Shown in pieces: positions 8,301 to 16,367 of a DNA stretch of 32,000 nucleotides (positions within the stretch are counted from its first letter, which is position 1; every line of letters begins with the position of its first letter). The notes under the pieces were generated by a model that made no database searches, was not told the origin of the DNA, and worked only from the letters and a program-made list of their open reading frames with translations. The stretch covers positions 450,001 through 482,000 of the forward strand of contig OZ252021.1 in NCBI GenBank assembly GCA_965247685.1, given 5' to 3'. The translations under genes were made by a program, and so were the position numbers. This DNA comes from Bdellovibrionales bacterium. Lineage in GTDB: Bacteria > Bdellovibrionota > Bdellovibrionia > Bdellovibrionales > UBA1609.

Positions 8301-9212
8301 GCCAAGAAGAAACGGAGCCTCCTTATGACCTTGCATAGCTGCCTGTTCTATCCAACCAATATCAAGAGATAAAAATCCGAAGTGAAATTGTGCCTCTGTG
8401 GATCCTTTATAAGCACCTTTTTTTAAATAGAAAGTAATTAAAGTTCCTAAATGCTTTTTAGCATATTTTAAAACATTTCTTAAATGAAAAATTTTATTTT
8501 GATAGTGAGCTCGTGGATTCCTAATATAATGTTCCATATGATTTTTCAAACGTTTTCGTTCTTTTTCAATACAACCTAAAGCTGTTTCACAAGTGCTTTT
8601 TTTACTTGCGAGAGAAGTTAAAGATTTTGCAGAAATAAAATGGGCATGATTTTTTGTTGAATGATAAACCATTCCCACAAACTTTCCTTTATTATTAATC
8701 ACAGGAGCTCCATTTAAATGGATAATATCCTTAAAAGATTCAAATAACGCTTGATAGTGATTTGTATTAGATAATTCTATTAATGGAAAAGGAAGGTCTT
8801 TTATTTTTATTTGTTGTAACTGCCCCTGATCGTATCCAATGAGCAAAAAAGGAGATTTAAAAACTGCAGAACTTTTTTCTAAAGAAATTCCTAATTTTTG
8901 TTTCGTTTGTAAAATAGCAATGTCTTTTAAAAAAGAAGCTGCAACTACTTTTTGAATTTGAACATCCGAAGAACCTTCACGAGATAAAGTAATTTCATCA
9001 ATATCAGAAACATCTGCGACGTTATGAAAAGTAGTAGCCACTAAATTGTTTCCTATAACAAAAGCAGTTCCCGTTGAAGAGTTTGTTTTTAATTTATAGA
9101 CAGCAGATTGAATTTTTTCATCAAGTTGAATTTTTTTAACATGCTCAGGGAGAACTTCTGCTTGAACTAAAGCTCCTGACATAATCAAAAAAAGTATTTT
9201 AAGAATCTTCAT
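5385..9212 (-). CDS. Secreted modular protein: signal peptide, then two tandem modules of [trypsin-like (probably inactive) domain + CX5C helix + Sel1-repeat array]; about 20 Sel1-like repeats in total
   Basis: 1275-aa ORF. GGAGGGG lies 5 nt upstream of the ATG (9218-9224, minus). N-terminal signal peptide is MKILKILFLIMSGALVQA/EV. Trypsin_2-like domains span about aa 40-185 (nt 8658-9095) and aa 797-945 (nt 6378-6824). Paralogous linkers are CETALGCIEKERKRLKNHMEHYIRNP and CNQDIRCIQKERELLKNHMKNYIKNP. Sel1 signature AAEQGH[PK]EAQF.LG..Y recurs about 13 times (aa ~262-760) and about 7 times (aa ~1022-1256). Confidence 0.8.
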   Translation of the reverse strand: MKILKILFLIMSGALVQAEVLPEHVKKIQLDEKIQSAVYKLKTNSSTGTAFVIGNNLVATTFHNVADVSDIDEITLSREGSSDVQIQKVVAASFLKDIAILQTKQKLGISLEKSSAVFKSPFLLIGYDQGQLQQIKIKDLPFPLIELSNTNHYQALFESFKDIIHLNGAPVINNKGKFVGMVYHSTKNHAHFISAKSLTSLASKKSTCETALGCIEKERKRLKNHMEHYIRNPRAHYQNKIFHLRNVLKYAKKHLGTLITFYLKKGAYKGSTEAQFHFGFLSLDIGWIEQAAMQGHKEAPFLLGKFYTQGAYSEDSKDWSILNYLERNHQKAANWMRQAAEQGHPEAQFRLGDFYAEGTVVPKDLGKSFEWILRSAKQKYPEAQFRTGMSYLEGIVVEKSLLAFTKWLEEATTQGHKEAPFVLGKFYAQGAYSEDSKDWSILNYARRDHKKAVHWIRQAAEQGHKEASFLLGKFYTQGAYSKDSNAWSILNYARRDYEQATHWMRQAAEQGHPEAQFELGDFYAEGTVVPRDLKKSFEWILRSAKQKYPEAQFRTGMSYLEGIVVEKSLLAFTKWLEEAAEQGHKEAPFVLGKFYAQGAYSEDSKDWSILNYTRRDHEKTVHWMRQAAEQGHKEASFVLGKFYTQGAYSSKDWSILNYARRDHKKAVHWMRQAAEQGHPEAQFELGDFYAEGTVVPRDLKKSFEWILRSAKQKYPEAQFRTGMSYLEGIVVEKNLLTFTKWLKKAAEQGHPEAQVLTEKSYVEQDPKIATNWFEKETEQRGRPAFAQRAVQEVKPAIYRVETPSSKGTAFFIQPNLAVTTFETVEDVSYAGDITLFYEGTSMKVREIVAVSFYGNVAFLKTEKESKHIIKKGEILNRGYLYSIGYNQREMYQITSINRPVKLDEVLSAYRIIFNYSKNFQAVGGSPILNARGEYIGMSYDSASSIIYFTSADHLSRVFSGKLGTLCNQDIRCIQKERELLKNHMKNYIKNPQAQYPNSSFHLRRILKRLVGQSESSRKLVFSYLKKGSEYGYTEAQFTLGVFSLHGIGIPQNFQLAKDLFKKAANKKHLEAEFELGVLYAQEEQEREAFEMMWRASLKGLPEAQFNLGKFILNSIGVVKPLPDHAFYRFEQAAKQGHPHAQFMTGLLHLQGPGRVEKDDKQALYWLRKAAEQGHKEAQFMIGTIFNDEKRVQTTVDFKEVKRWLKKAAEQGHPEAQFRLGLLLHTGSKRFSPDPKKSMEWFRRAAEQDHKQAQLIIQSQGGKPNSCDGIMRSLSQ
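6951..8345 (-). repeat. About 2.8 copies of a roughly 500-bp higher-order tandem repeat, each unit encoding 4 Sel1 repeats, with a nested ~130-bp sub-repeat
   Basis: The landmark cacttcgtaaatg recurs at 6991, 7489 and 7993 (periods 498 and 504 bp). It is followed by long stretches that are nearly identical base for base. gagcctcagggtgaccttgttc[g/a]gctgc recurs at about 6953, 7169, 7667 and 8171, and also at about 5567. Periods are multiples of 3 and in frame. Confidence 0.9.
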
Positions 9213-9314
9213 ATTATCCCCTCCACTTCACATAAGAGAGCCGAGAGGTTAACATAATTATATATTTTTATTAACTTAAGAAAATAAATGTGTAATTTTT
9301 ATACTATTTTGAAA

Positions 9315-10568
9315 TTAAATATCTAATAAAATGCGTGTAGGCTCTTCAATACACTCTTTGACTGCCACTAAAAACCCAACAGATTCTTTTCCATCAACAA
9401 TTCGATGATCGTAAGATAATGCGAGATACATCATTGGACGGATAACAATTTCTCCATTCACAACAACCGGCCGCTGTTCAATTTTATGCATACCTAAAAT
9501 ACCACTTTGAGGGGGATTTAAAATAGGAGTGGAAAGCAAGGAACCAAAAACACCTCCATTACTTATTGTAAAATTTCCTCCCATGAGATCATCGGGTAAA
9601 AGTTTTCCTTCACGAGCTTTTTTTGCATATTCTAAAACTTCAGCCTCTAATTCAGCAATCGATTTTTGATCTGCATATCGAATCACTGGAACAATGAGAC
9701 CTCTTTTCGTACTCACTGCAATACTGACATGACAATGATTAAAATAAACAAGTTCGTCACCCTCTATCTGGGCCCCCACTCGAGGGTGCGCTTTCATACT
9801 TTGAATCACAGCTTTAATAAAAAAGCCCATAAACCCTAACTTCATATTGTATTTTCTTTGAAAGACCTCTTGATAATTTTTTCTTAATTGAATAATGCGA
9901 CTCATATCCACTTCATTAAAAGTGGTGAGAGTTGCAGTGCTCCTTTGAGAAGCTAGCAATCTTTCAGCAATTCTTTTTCGAATCGTTGTCATTTTTTCTT
10001 TGCGCATTTCCACACCAGCGACAGTCGTTATCTTTGGAGACTGAACTGTTTGCTGCGGCATTGAAGGAGGAGAGGGAATAGATGACAAATCAGACATTTG
10101 AAGACGTCCTCCTTTACCTGTGCCCTGCAATGTTGACGGATCAATATTTTTGGTCATCAAAGCATGACGAACGGAAGGAGAGTGACGAGAAGAATCCCAA
10201 GAAGGAAGTTGAGATGTTTTTACAGATTGTGAAGTCTGAGGCTCAGGTTTACTTTCAATGGTTTTAGAGGAAGAAGGAGTAGCTTCCTCTTTTTTTTCTG
10301 CAGGTCGAGAGGTTTGAGGGGCTTTTTTAGAAGTATCAATAATCCCAATCACTTCACCCACAAGAACTTCTTCTCCTTCTTTTTTCAAAATTTCAACCTG
10401 ACCTGCGTTTTCAGCAGGTACTTCCATGGAAGCTTTGTCTGTTTCTAGTAAAACAATAACTTCATCTCGTTGAACAAAATCTCCTGAAGCTTTATTCCAA
10501 GATCCAATAACTGCTGAATTGACAGACTCTCCTACTGAGGGAACTTTAATTTCAATTTTCATAGTCAT
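9315..10568 (-). CDS. sucB: Dihydrolipoyllysine-residue succinyltransferase (2-oxoglutarate dehydrogenase E2)
   Basis: 417 aa with lipoyl domain [12 protein letters not shown], a Pro/Ser/Thr/Gln-rich linker, a peripheral subunit-binding region ([14 protein letters not shown]) and catalytic domain DHRIVDG. Confidence 0.92.
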   Translation of the reverse strand: MTMKIEIKVPSVGESVNSAVIGSWNKASGDFVQRDEVIVLLETDKASMEVPAENAGQVEILKKEGEEVLVGEVIGIIDTSKKAPQTSRPAEKKEEATPSSSKTIESKPEPQTSQSVKTSQLPSWDSSRHSPSVRHALMTKNIDPSTLQGTGKGGRLQMSDLSSIPSPPSMPQQTVQSPKITTVAGVEMRKEKMTTIRKRIAERLLASQRSTATLTTFNEVDMSRIIQLRKNYQEVFQRKYNMKLGFMGFFIKAVIQSMKAHPRVGAQIEGDELVYFNHCHVSIAVSTKRGLIVPVIRYADQKSIAELEAEVLEYAKKAREGKLLPDDLMGGNFTISNGGVFGSLLSTPILNPPQSGILGMHKIEQRPVVVNGEIVIRPMMYLALSYDHRIVDGKESVGFLVAVKECIEEPTRILLDI

Positions 10569-10657
10569 CCCTTACCTTCAAGCAAGCATCGATATTTTAT
10601 TGAGATTATCGTATTAACAACAGCCTTAATACAGTATCCTATATTTTGCAAATAAAG

Positions 10658-10692
10658 GAGTCAACGAGGAACCATCGGAGTTTGTTTGACTC
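10658..10692 (-). terminator. Weak hairpin immediately after the sucA stop (possible attenuator or RNA-processing structure between sucA and sucB)
   Basis: Inverted repeat gagtcaa (10658-10664) / ttgactc (10686-10692) with a 21-nt loop, followed on the minus strand by CUUUAUUU. The stem is short and the loop large, so support is weak. Confidence 0.2.
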
Positions 10693-13410
10693 TCATAAAA
10701 TCATCTGAGCTAAACAGCGATTCACAAGCTTTTTTTGCTCTTGTTCAAATCCTTGAAAAGAACCATCTGCAGGAGATGCTTTACTTTCACGACCAATGTA
10801 TTCTAGTTTCACATTTTTTTTCCCTAAATCTTTTAAGAATTCTTGAAGTTCAGGCCTCACAAAAGAGTAGGCTCCCATATTTTTAGGTTCTTCTTGAAGC
10901 CAAATAATTTTTTCTAAAGAAGATAACCCATTCAAGTATGGACCTAAAGATTTTCTAGGAAAAGGGTAGATCTGTTCTAGTCGAATAACCATCGTATGAT
11001 CAAGAATGTGATTTTTTTTACTCATTAAATCAAAGTAAATTTTACCTGTACATAAAATAAGACTTTTTATAGGAGTAGAGCTCTTAGATTTTGACACAAG
11101 AACTTCTTTAAAAGATCCTTTTAAAAGTTCGTTCGTATGAGATACCATTTGAGGATGACGAAGAAGAGATTTTGGAGTCATTACAACAAGTGGTTTATAA
11201 AAATCTCTTTTCACCTGTCTTCTGAGTAAATGAAAAAGATTTGCCGGAGATGTAGGGTAGCATACTTGCATATTATTTTGAGCACAAAGCTGTAAAAACC
11301 TTTCCATTCGAGCACTCGAATGTTCAGACCCTTGCCCTTCATAACCATGAGGAAGAAACAATGTTAAAGAACAAGACTGCATCCACTTTTCTTCTCCACT
11401 TGAAATATATTGATCAATGATAATTTGCGCTCCATTGGCAAAATCACCAAATTGAGCTTCCCATATATTAAGGCTTTTGTGATCCGAACAAGAATTTCCA
11501 TATTCAAAACCAAGCACAGCAAATTCAGATAAAGGAGAGTTATAAATACGAAACTCAGACTGCTTTGGGCTGAGCATTGCTAAGGGAGTGTATTCTTTGG
11601 CATTTTGAACATCAAAGTAAGAAGCATGACGATGAGAAAAAGTTCCTCGCTTGCAGTCTTGACCTGATACTCGTACAGGGTGTCCTTCCAAGCAAAGCGT
11701 CCCATACGCTGCTAACTCCGCTAAGCCCCAATCGATGTTGGAAGAATCTACAGATTTTTTTCTATTCTCGATGAGCCTTTTGACTTTAGGGTGAAGGTTT
11801 ATATTTTCCGGAACAGAAGTAAGAGTTTGAAATACTTGATTGAGATCATGAGAACTGGGGGTGGTTTTCACATTTTCTTCGATTTGATCATCAGAAGGCT
11901 TAGGATTGTAAATCCATAAAGGCCCTCTTAAATCACTTTCTTGAATGGGCTCAGGTTTTTTTCTTATCTGATCCAATATACCCTGCAAATAATCTGTATG
12001 TTCTTGAAAGCCTTTTCCTTGATCATCAGTTATTACTTTTTCCTGAATCAATTGTTTTTTATAAATATTCATCAAAGTCGGATGCTGTTTAATTTTACTA
12101 TACATCAAAGGTTGAGTAAAAGAAGGTTCATCCCCTTCGTTATGACCAAATCTTCTGTAGGAGATAAGTTCAATCACAATATCTTGTTGAAACTCTTGGC
12201 GAAATTTCACTGCAATATTTATAGCTTGGATACAACTTGCCACATCGTCTCCATTCACGAGTAAAACTGGAGCTCGAACAGACTTAGATAAGTCCGAAGA
12301 AAAGGGTGTAGATCGACCATCTTTAGAGTTTGTTGTAAATCCAATTTGATTGTTCACAATAATATGAATAGCACCCCCCACAGTATAACCCTTCAGTTGG
12401 GAAAGCTGTAAAGATTCACTCACGACACCCTGACCACAAAAAGAAGCATCTCCATGAATTAATATGGAAAGAGCCTTCTTTCGGGTTTGAGTATCTTTCA
12501 GCATTCTTTGACGAGCACGAGTCACTCCACATATCACAGGAACGATAGACTCCAAATGACTTGGATTAAAACCTAAAAGCACTTGGCAAGAGTGATTGGA
12601 GAAAGTCTTTTTTATACAGGAATACCCAATATGGTATTTCACATCTCCTGTAAAACCTATATCTGAAAAAATTCCGCCTTCAAATTGAGATAAAATAATT
12701 TTTTCATGCTGTTTTGTAAAGTTAGTCATCACATTCAGACGACCACGATGAGACATTCCTAGAATAAATTCTTGAACCCCTATTTGAGCACCTTGATCGA
12801 CCAACTGCTCCAACATAGGAATTAAAATATCTGATCCTTCAATGGAAAATCTTTTAGCTCCTAAAAATCGATTATGTAAAAATTTTTCAAAAGCTTCGAC
12901 TTGAGTTAGTTTTTTTAAAACTTTCTGTTTTAGTTCCACACTCATCTGAAAAGAAGACTGCTCAAAAGCTTGGTAAAACCACTGACGAATTTGAGGAGGA
13001 CACCCTTGAACATTCAACGCTAGTGTGGAGCAGTAAGTTTTTTCCAGATACTGAATCAACTTCCCTAGATTTTGAAAATCTTTATTGAGAGCTGAAAAGA
13101 CCTCAAACTTCTGACCTTCATCCTCTTTTTCTAATCCAAAACGAGAGAGATTAAAAGATTCACCCTGAGGTTTCGCAAGGCCCAAAGGATCTAGACGAGC
13201 TTTAAAGTATCCATTCTCACGATAAAATTGAATCAGTTCATAAATTTGAAGCTCTTTTTTAGAAAAAGAACCTTGATCAAGAACTCGAGCAAAATCAACT
13301 CCGTCAAAAAACAGTTTCCACTCTGGAGAAACAGACTGAGGGCTCGCTTGATATTTAGCAAACAAATCCTCAATATAGTGAATATTAGTTTGATCAATAG
13401 TAGTTTTCAT
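10693..13410 (-). CDS. sucA: 2-oxoglutarate dehydrogenase E1 component
   Basis: 905 aa, the size and layout of SucA. Matching regions include the ThDP-binding region (HGDASFCGQGVV, NNQIGFTT), RRFGHNEGDEP and FGDFANGAQIIIDQ. It sits directly upstream of sucB. Confidence 0.93.
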   Translation of the reverse strand: MKTTIDQTNIHYIEDLFAKYQASPQSVSPEWKLFFDGVDFARVLDQGSFSKKELQIYELIQFYRENGYFKARLDPLGLAKPQGESFNLSRFGLEKEDEGQKFEVFSALNKDFQNLGKLIQYLEKTYCSTLALNVQGCPPQIRQWFYQAFEQSSFQMSVELKQKVLKKLTQVEAFEKFLHNRFLGAKRFSIEGSDILIPMLEQLVDQGAQIGVQEFILGMSHRGRLNVMTNFTKQHEKIILSQFEGGIFSDIGFTGDVKYHIGYSCIKKTFSNHSCQVLLGFNPSHLESIVPVICGVTRARQRMLKDTQTRKKALSILIHGDASFCGQGVVSESLQLSQLKGYTVGGAIHIIVNNQIGFTTNSKDGRSTPFSSDLSKSVRAPVLLVNGDDVASCIQAINIAVKFRQEFQQDIVIELISYRRFGHNEGDEPSFTQPLMYSKIKQHPTLMNIYKKQLIQEKVITDDQGKGFQEHTDYLQGILDQIRKKPEPIQESDLRGPLWIYNPKPSDDQIEENVKTTPSSHDLNQVFQTLTSVPENINLHPKVKRLIENRKKSVDSSNIDWGLAELAAYGTLCLEGHPVRVSGQDCKRGTFSHRHASYFDVQNAKEYTPLAMLSPKQSEFRIYNSPLSEFAVLGFEYGNSCSDHKSLNIWEAQFGDFANGAQIIIDQYISSGEEKWMQSCSLTLFLPHGYEGQGSEHSSARMERFLQLCAQNNMQVCYPTSPANLFHLLRRQVKRDFYKPLVVMTPKSLLRHPQMVSHTNELLKGSFKEVLVSKSKSSTPIKSLILCTGKIYFDLMSKKNHILDHTMVIRLEQIYPFPRKSLGPYLNGLSSLEKIIWLQEEPKNMGAYSFVRPELQEFLKDLGKKNVKLEYIGRESKASPADGSFQGFEQEQKKLVNRCLAQMIL

Positions 13411-13645
13411 TTCAGTATTGCTTCTTTATAGTTTTCTGCTTCATAAATCAAGAAAAACATAGAGAATCTCTTGTTCCTCGTTTAGAGGAAGAAATCGACA
13501 ACAAAACTTGTCAACATATTTTAATTTCAGCTTGCATCGCAGAATAAAAATAATAAAAACATCTTTTTCATTCTTAGTTGATTCTCAATCTGATGAAAAT
13601 CTACCAAACTTCTTGAAAAAGGCAATCCCCTTCCTTTAAATGGAG

Positions 13646-13672
13646 AGACTTTTGTCTACTGACAAAGAGTCT
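13646..13672. promoter_or_regulatory. Imperfect 11/12-bp inverted repeat in the sucA/nrdB divergent intergenic region (candidate operator or leader hairpin)
   Basis: agacttttgtc-tact-gacaaagagtct with one bulged base, about 85 nt upstream of the nrdB ATG. No match to a regulator consensus that I know. Confidence 0.25.
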
Positions 13673-13741
13673 AATTTTGGATATGTGACAATAACTTCAT
13701 TTGGCTTTTATAGGTTAGTCTAAGTAAACTAGTTAAAAAAT

Positions 13742-13748
13742 AAGGAGG
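13742..13748 (+). promoter_or_regulatory. Shine-Dalgarno sequence of nrdB
   Basis: AAGGAGG sits 6 nt upstream of the ATG at 13755. Confidence 0.6.
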
Positions 13749-13754
13749 AAAGTT

Positions 13755-14753
13755 ATGTTATTAGATCCAGGGTTTGGGCTTACGCTAAGACCAATGAAGT
13801 ATCCCGTATTCTTTGAGATGTATAAAAATGCTATTAAAAATACATGGACTGTGGATGAAGTAGATTTTAGCTCAGACGTGATTGATTTAAAAACGAAACT
13901 ATCTTCTAGTGAAACTTTTTTGATTAAAAGATTGGTTGCTTTTTTCGCAACAGGGGACACCATTGTTGGGAATAATCTTGTTTTAAACCTTTATAAGCAT
14001 ATCAATTCACCTGAAGCTCGCATGTATTTAGGTCGTCAGCTTTATGAGGAAATGCTTCATGTACAGTTTTACCTCACTTTATTGGATACATACATCCCTA
14101 ATCATGATGAACGAGCGGATGCTTTTGTAGCTATTGAAAGTATTCCTTCTATCAAGAAAAAAGGAGATTTCAGCTTCAAATGGATGGATTCTGTTGAAAA
14201 ATTAGAAAGGCTTGAAACTCAAGATGACCGCCGCCGTTTTCTTATGAACCTTATTTGTTTTGCGGGAACTATTGAAGGGCTTTTCTTTTTTGCAGCTTTT
14301 GCCTACGTATATTTCCTAAGGTCTAAAGGGTTACTCAATGGTCTTGCGACAGGGACTAATTGGGTCTTTAGAGATGAAAGCTGCCACATTGACTTTGCCT
14401 TTCAAGCGATGGATATCATCGTGCGAGAAGAACCTTCCCTTATGCAGTCCAATATGAAAAGTATGATTATTGCCATGTTTAAAGAAGCTATTGACTGCGA
14501 GCTGACCTTTGCAGACGAGATTCTCTCGCAAGGGATGGCAGGAATGAGTCTCAGAGATATGAAAACTTATCTTCAATACATTACAGATTTAAGATTAGAA
14601 AGAATTGGCATTTCACCTCAATTTAGAGTGAGGAATCCTTTTCACTTTATGGATCTACAAGATACTCAAGAGCTCACTAACTTTTTTGAAAGAAGAGTTT
14701 CTGCTTATCAAACAGGGATTAAGGGTGAAGTTGCTTTCGACGAAACTTTTTAA
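13755..14753 (+). CDS. nrdB: Class I ribonucleotide reductase small (beta/R2) subunit
   Basis: 332 aa with di-iron ligand motifs (FFATGD, EEMLH, EGLFFF, RDESCH). A Tyr lies four residues after the His (HVQFY), which is the radical position. The acidic C-terminal tail is EVAFDETF. No nrdA in the window. Confidence 0.9.
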   Translation: MLLDPGFGLTLRPMKYPVFFEMYKNAIKNTWTVDEVDFSSDVIDLKTKLSSSETFLIKRLVAFFATGDTIVGNNLVLNLYKHINSPEARMYLGRQLYEEMLHVQFYLTLLDTYIPNHDERADAFVAIESIPSIKKKGDFSFKWMDSVEKLERLETQDDRRRFLMNLICFAGTIEGLFFFAAFAYVYFLRSKGLLNGLATGTNWVFRDESCHIDFAFQAMDIIVREEPSLMQSNMKSMIIAMFKEAIDCELTFADEILSQGMAGMSLRDMKTYLQYITDLRLERIGISPQFRVRNPFHFMDLQDTQELTNFFERRVSAYQTGIKGEVAFDETF

Positions 14754-14768
14754 TTCGCTCTGTTTTGT

Positions 14769-15662
14769 CTATAAAGATTCTCTTTGTACATAAGAGGAGA
14801 GTTTAACTTTTTTGACCTTCTTTAAATATTGACTAATACTTATTAATTTTTGGATGTCTATAAAAGTATCTTCTTTCATTTTCTTAAGAAAAAACACCAA
14901 GTCCTCTGTAGCAACATTTCCTGTCGCCCCTTTTGCGTAAGGACAGCCTCCAAGCCCCCCAATACTGCTGTCAAATTTGTGAACTCCCATATTCAGTGCA
15001 GTCAGTATGTTCGGGAGTGCGAGTCCATTAGTATTATGACAATGAAGACTTAACTGCGATAACGGAATTTTTTTCAAACAAAGATTTAAAATTTTTTGAA
15101 TTTGTAAAGGAGATGCAACTCCAATCGTATCACTCAACACGACTTCTTGCACCCCAGTATGGATCAACTTTTGAGCCCAATGAGAAACACGAGAAGGTAA
15201 AACCTCACCTTCGTAAGGGCAGCCAAATGACATACTTAAATAAGCTCGAACAAAAACTTTCTCCCTTCTCGCTCTTTGGCAAACCATTTGAATACGTTTT
15301 AAATTTTCTTTTATGGTGCAGTTGGTATTTTTTTGGGAAAAAGACTCTGTTGTAGAAGCCATCACTGCAACATATTTTAATCCATACTCTAAAGCCTTTT
15401 GATATCCTATTTCATTAGGGATCAAAGCCGAAAGCATTAAAGAATCAGAAAGTTTTAATTCATCACGAACTTTTTTCATCAAATGGGAAGTGAGCTTCAT
15501 GGAAGGAACAGCTTGAGAGGAGACAAAAGAGCCTATTTCAATATTTTTCACTCCAGCATCTATTAGTTTTTTTAGAATAAAAAATCGATCCGAAACACTA
15601 AAATGAATTTTTTCATTTTGTATCCCATCACGAAGACCTACTTCTAAAAGTTTTATTTCCAT
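14769..15662 (-). CDS. hmgL: Hydroxymethylglutaryl-CoA lyase
   Basis: 297 aa with EVGLRDGIQNE at the N-terminus, HCHNTNGLALPN and SSIGGLGGCPYAKGATGNVATEDLV, typical of the HMGL-like family. Confidence 0.85.
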   Translation of the reverse strand: MEIKLLEVGLRDGIQNEKIHFSVSDRFFILKKLIDAGVKNIEIGSFVSSQAVPSMKLTSHLMKKVRDELKLSDSLMLSALIPNEIGYQKALEYGLKYVAVMASTTESFSQKNTNCTIKENLKRIQMVCQRARREKVFVRAYLSMSFGCPYEGEVLPSRVSHWAQKLIHTGVQEVVLSDTIGVASPLQIQKILNLCLKKIPLSQLSLHCHNTNGLALPNILTALNMGVHKFDSSIGGLGGCPYAKGATGNVATEDLVFFLKKMKEDTFIDIQKLISISQYLKKVKKVKLSSYVQRESL

Positions 15663-15671
15663 TATAGAATA

Positions 15672-16247
15672 TTATACGACATTTTCTTTCCATAACTGAA
15701 GTTGAGAGCAAAGAATGATCAAAGGAAGACCTAAAATAGAGTTAAAGTCCGGTGAATCAATTTTTTCGAACAAACTAATTCCTCTTTTTTCGATCGTATA
15801 AGATCCCGCACATTCATAAGGTTGATCATAAGAAAGGTAATGATGAATTTCTTCTTTTGTTAAAGATCGCATTTGCATTTTATTAATCACAAGCTCTTCA
15901 TAATAAGAACCGTCAGGTCTTTGGAGGCAAAGAGCTGTCAAAAGTTCATGAGTTTGACCCTGAAGTTGTTTTAAAGTTTCAGCTGCTTTTGAATAAGTTT
16001 TTGGTTTATTAAATATCCTTCCATTCAATGAGGCGACTTGATCCGCACCAATAATCCAACAATCATTTTTATGAATCGCCTTCACTTTCTTTCTCGCTAT
16101 GGTTTGGCACAACTTATAAGGATCTTTTATGGTGTCTTTATATTGTTTTTCATTTACCTGTGAGGGAATAACTTCAAAAGGTAAACCTAAAGACGAAAGA
16201 ATTTTTTTTCGAGCTGGAGACTGGCTTGCTAAGACTATATTTTTCAT
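15672..16247 (-). CDS. maf: Maf-family nucleoside triphosphate pyrophosphatase
   Basis: 191 aa with LASQSPARKKIL, GADQV and AGSYTIE motifs. Confidence 0.85.
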   Translation of the reverse strand: MKNIVLASQSPARKKILSSLGLPFEVIPSQVNEKQYKDTIKDPYKLCQTIARKKVKAIHKNDCWIIGADQVASLNGRIFNKPKTYSKAAETLKQLQGQTHELLTALCLQRPDGSYYEELVINKMQMRSLTKEEIHHYLSYDQPYECAGSYTIEKRGISLFEKIDSPDFNSILGLPLIILCSQLQLWKENVV

Positions 16248-16367
16248 AAGTTCTAATTATGACAAACCCTTTGTAATAGCAACAATAAGTACTGTTTTAG
16301 AGTTTGAAAGGTTAATATTTAGGGATAAATCGTTTACTTTTAAAAGGAAAAATTATAAGGATGGATT

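Noticed and set aside
6951-8345. Regularly spaced repeats considered as a CRISPR array or mobile-element ends
   Set aside because: The period is about 500 bp, not 60-70 bp. The 'spacers' are themselves repeated, everything is in frame within one ORF encoding Sel1 repeats, and no cas or transposase genes are present.
5565-8372. Plus-strand ORFs 5565-5774, 7167-7505, 7665-8009 and 8169-8372, all starting MSLRVTLFGC...
   Set aside because: They are antisense shadows of the Sel1 repeats. The recurring peptide simply mirrors the recurring AAEQGHPEAQ codons on the minus strand. They have no SD and lie entirely within a far longer, motif-rich ORF.
9257-9262. TATAAT hexamer (minus strand) about 40 nt upstream of the Sel1 gene as its -10 promoter element
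   Set aside because: No convincing -35 at 16-18 bp spacing, and TATAAT-like hexamers occur by chance in spacers this AT-rich. Not reported as a feature.
10082-15355. ORFs 10082-10267, 10686-10886, 11577-11774, 11941-12264, 13228-13431, 13733-13963, 14331-14576, 14850-15053 and 15113-15355
   Set aside because: All are antisense or out-of-frame overlaps with sucB, sucA, nrdB or the HMG-CoA lyase gene. None has a recognisable domain.
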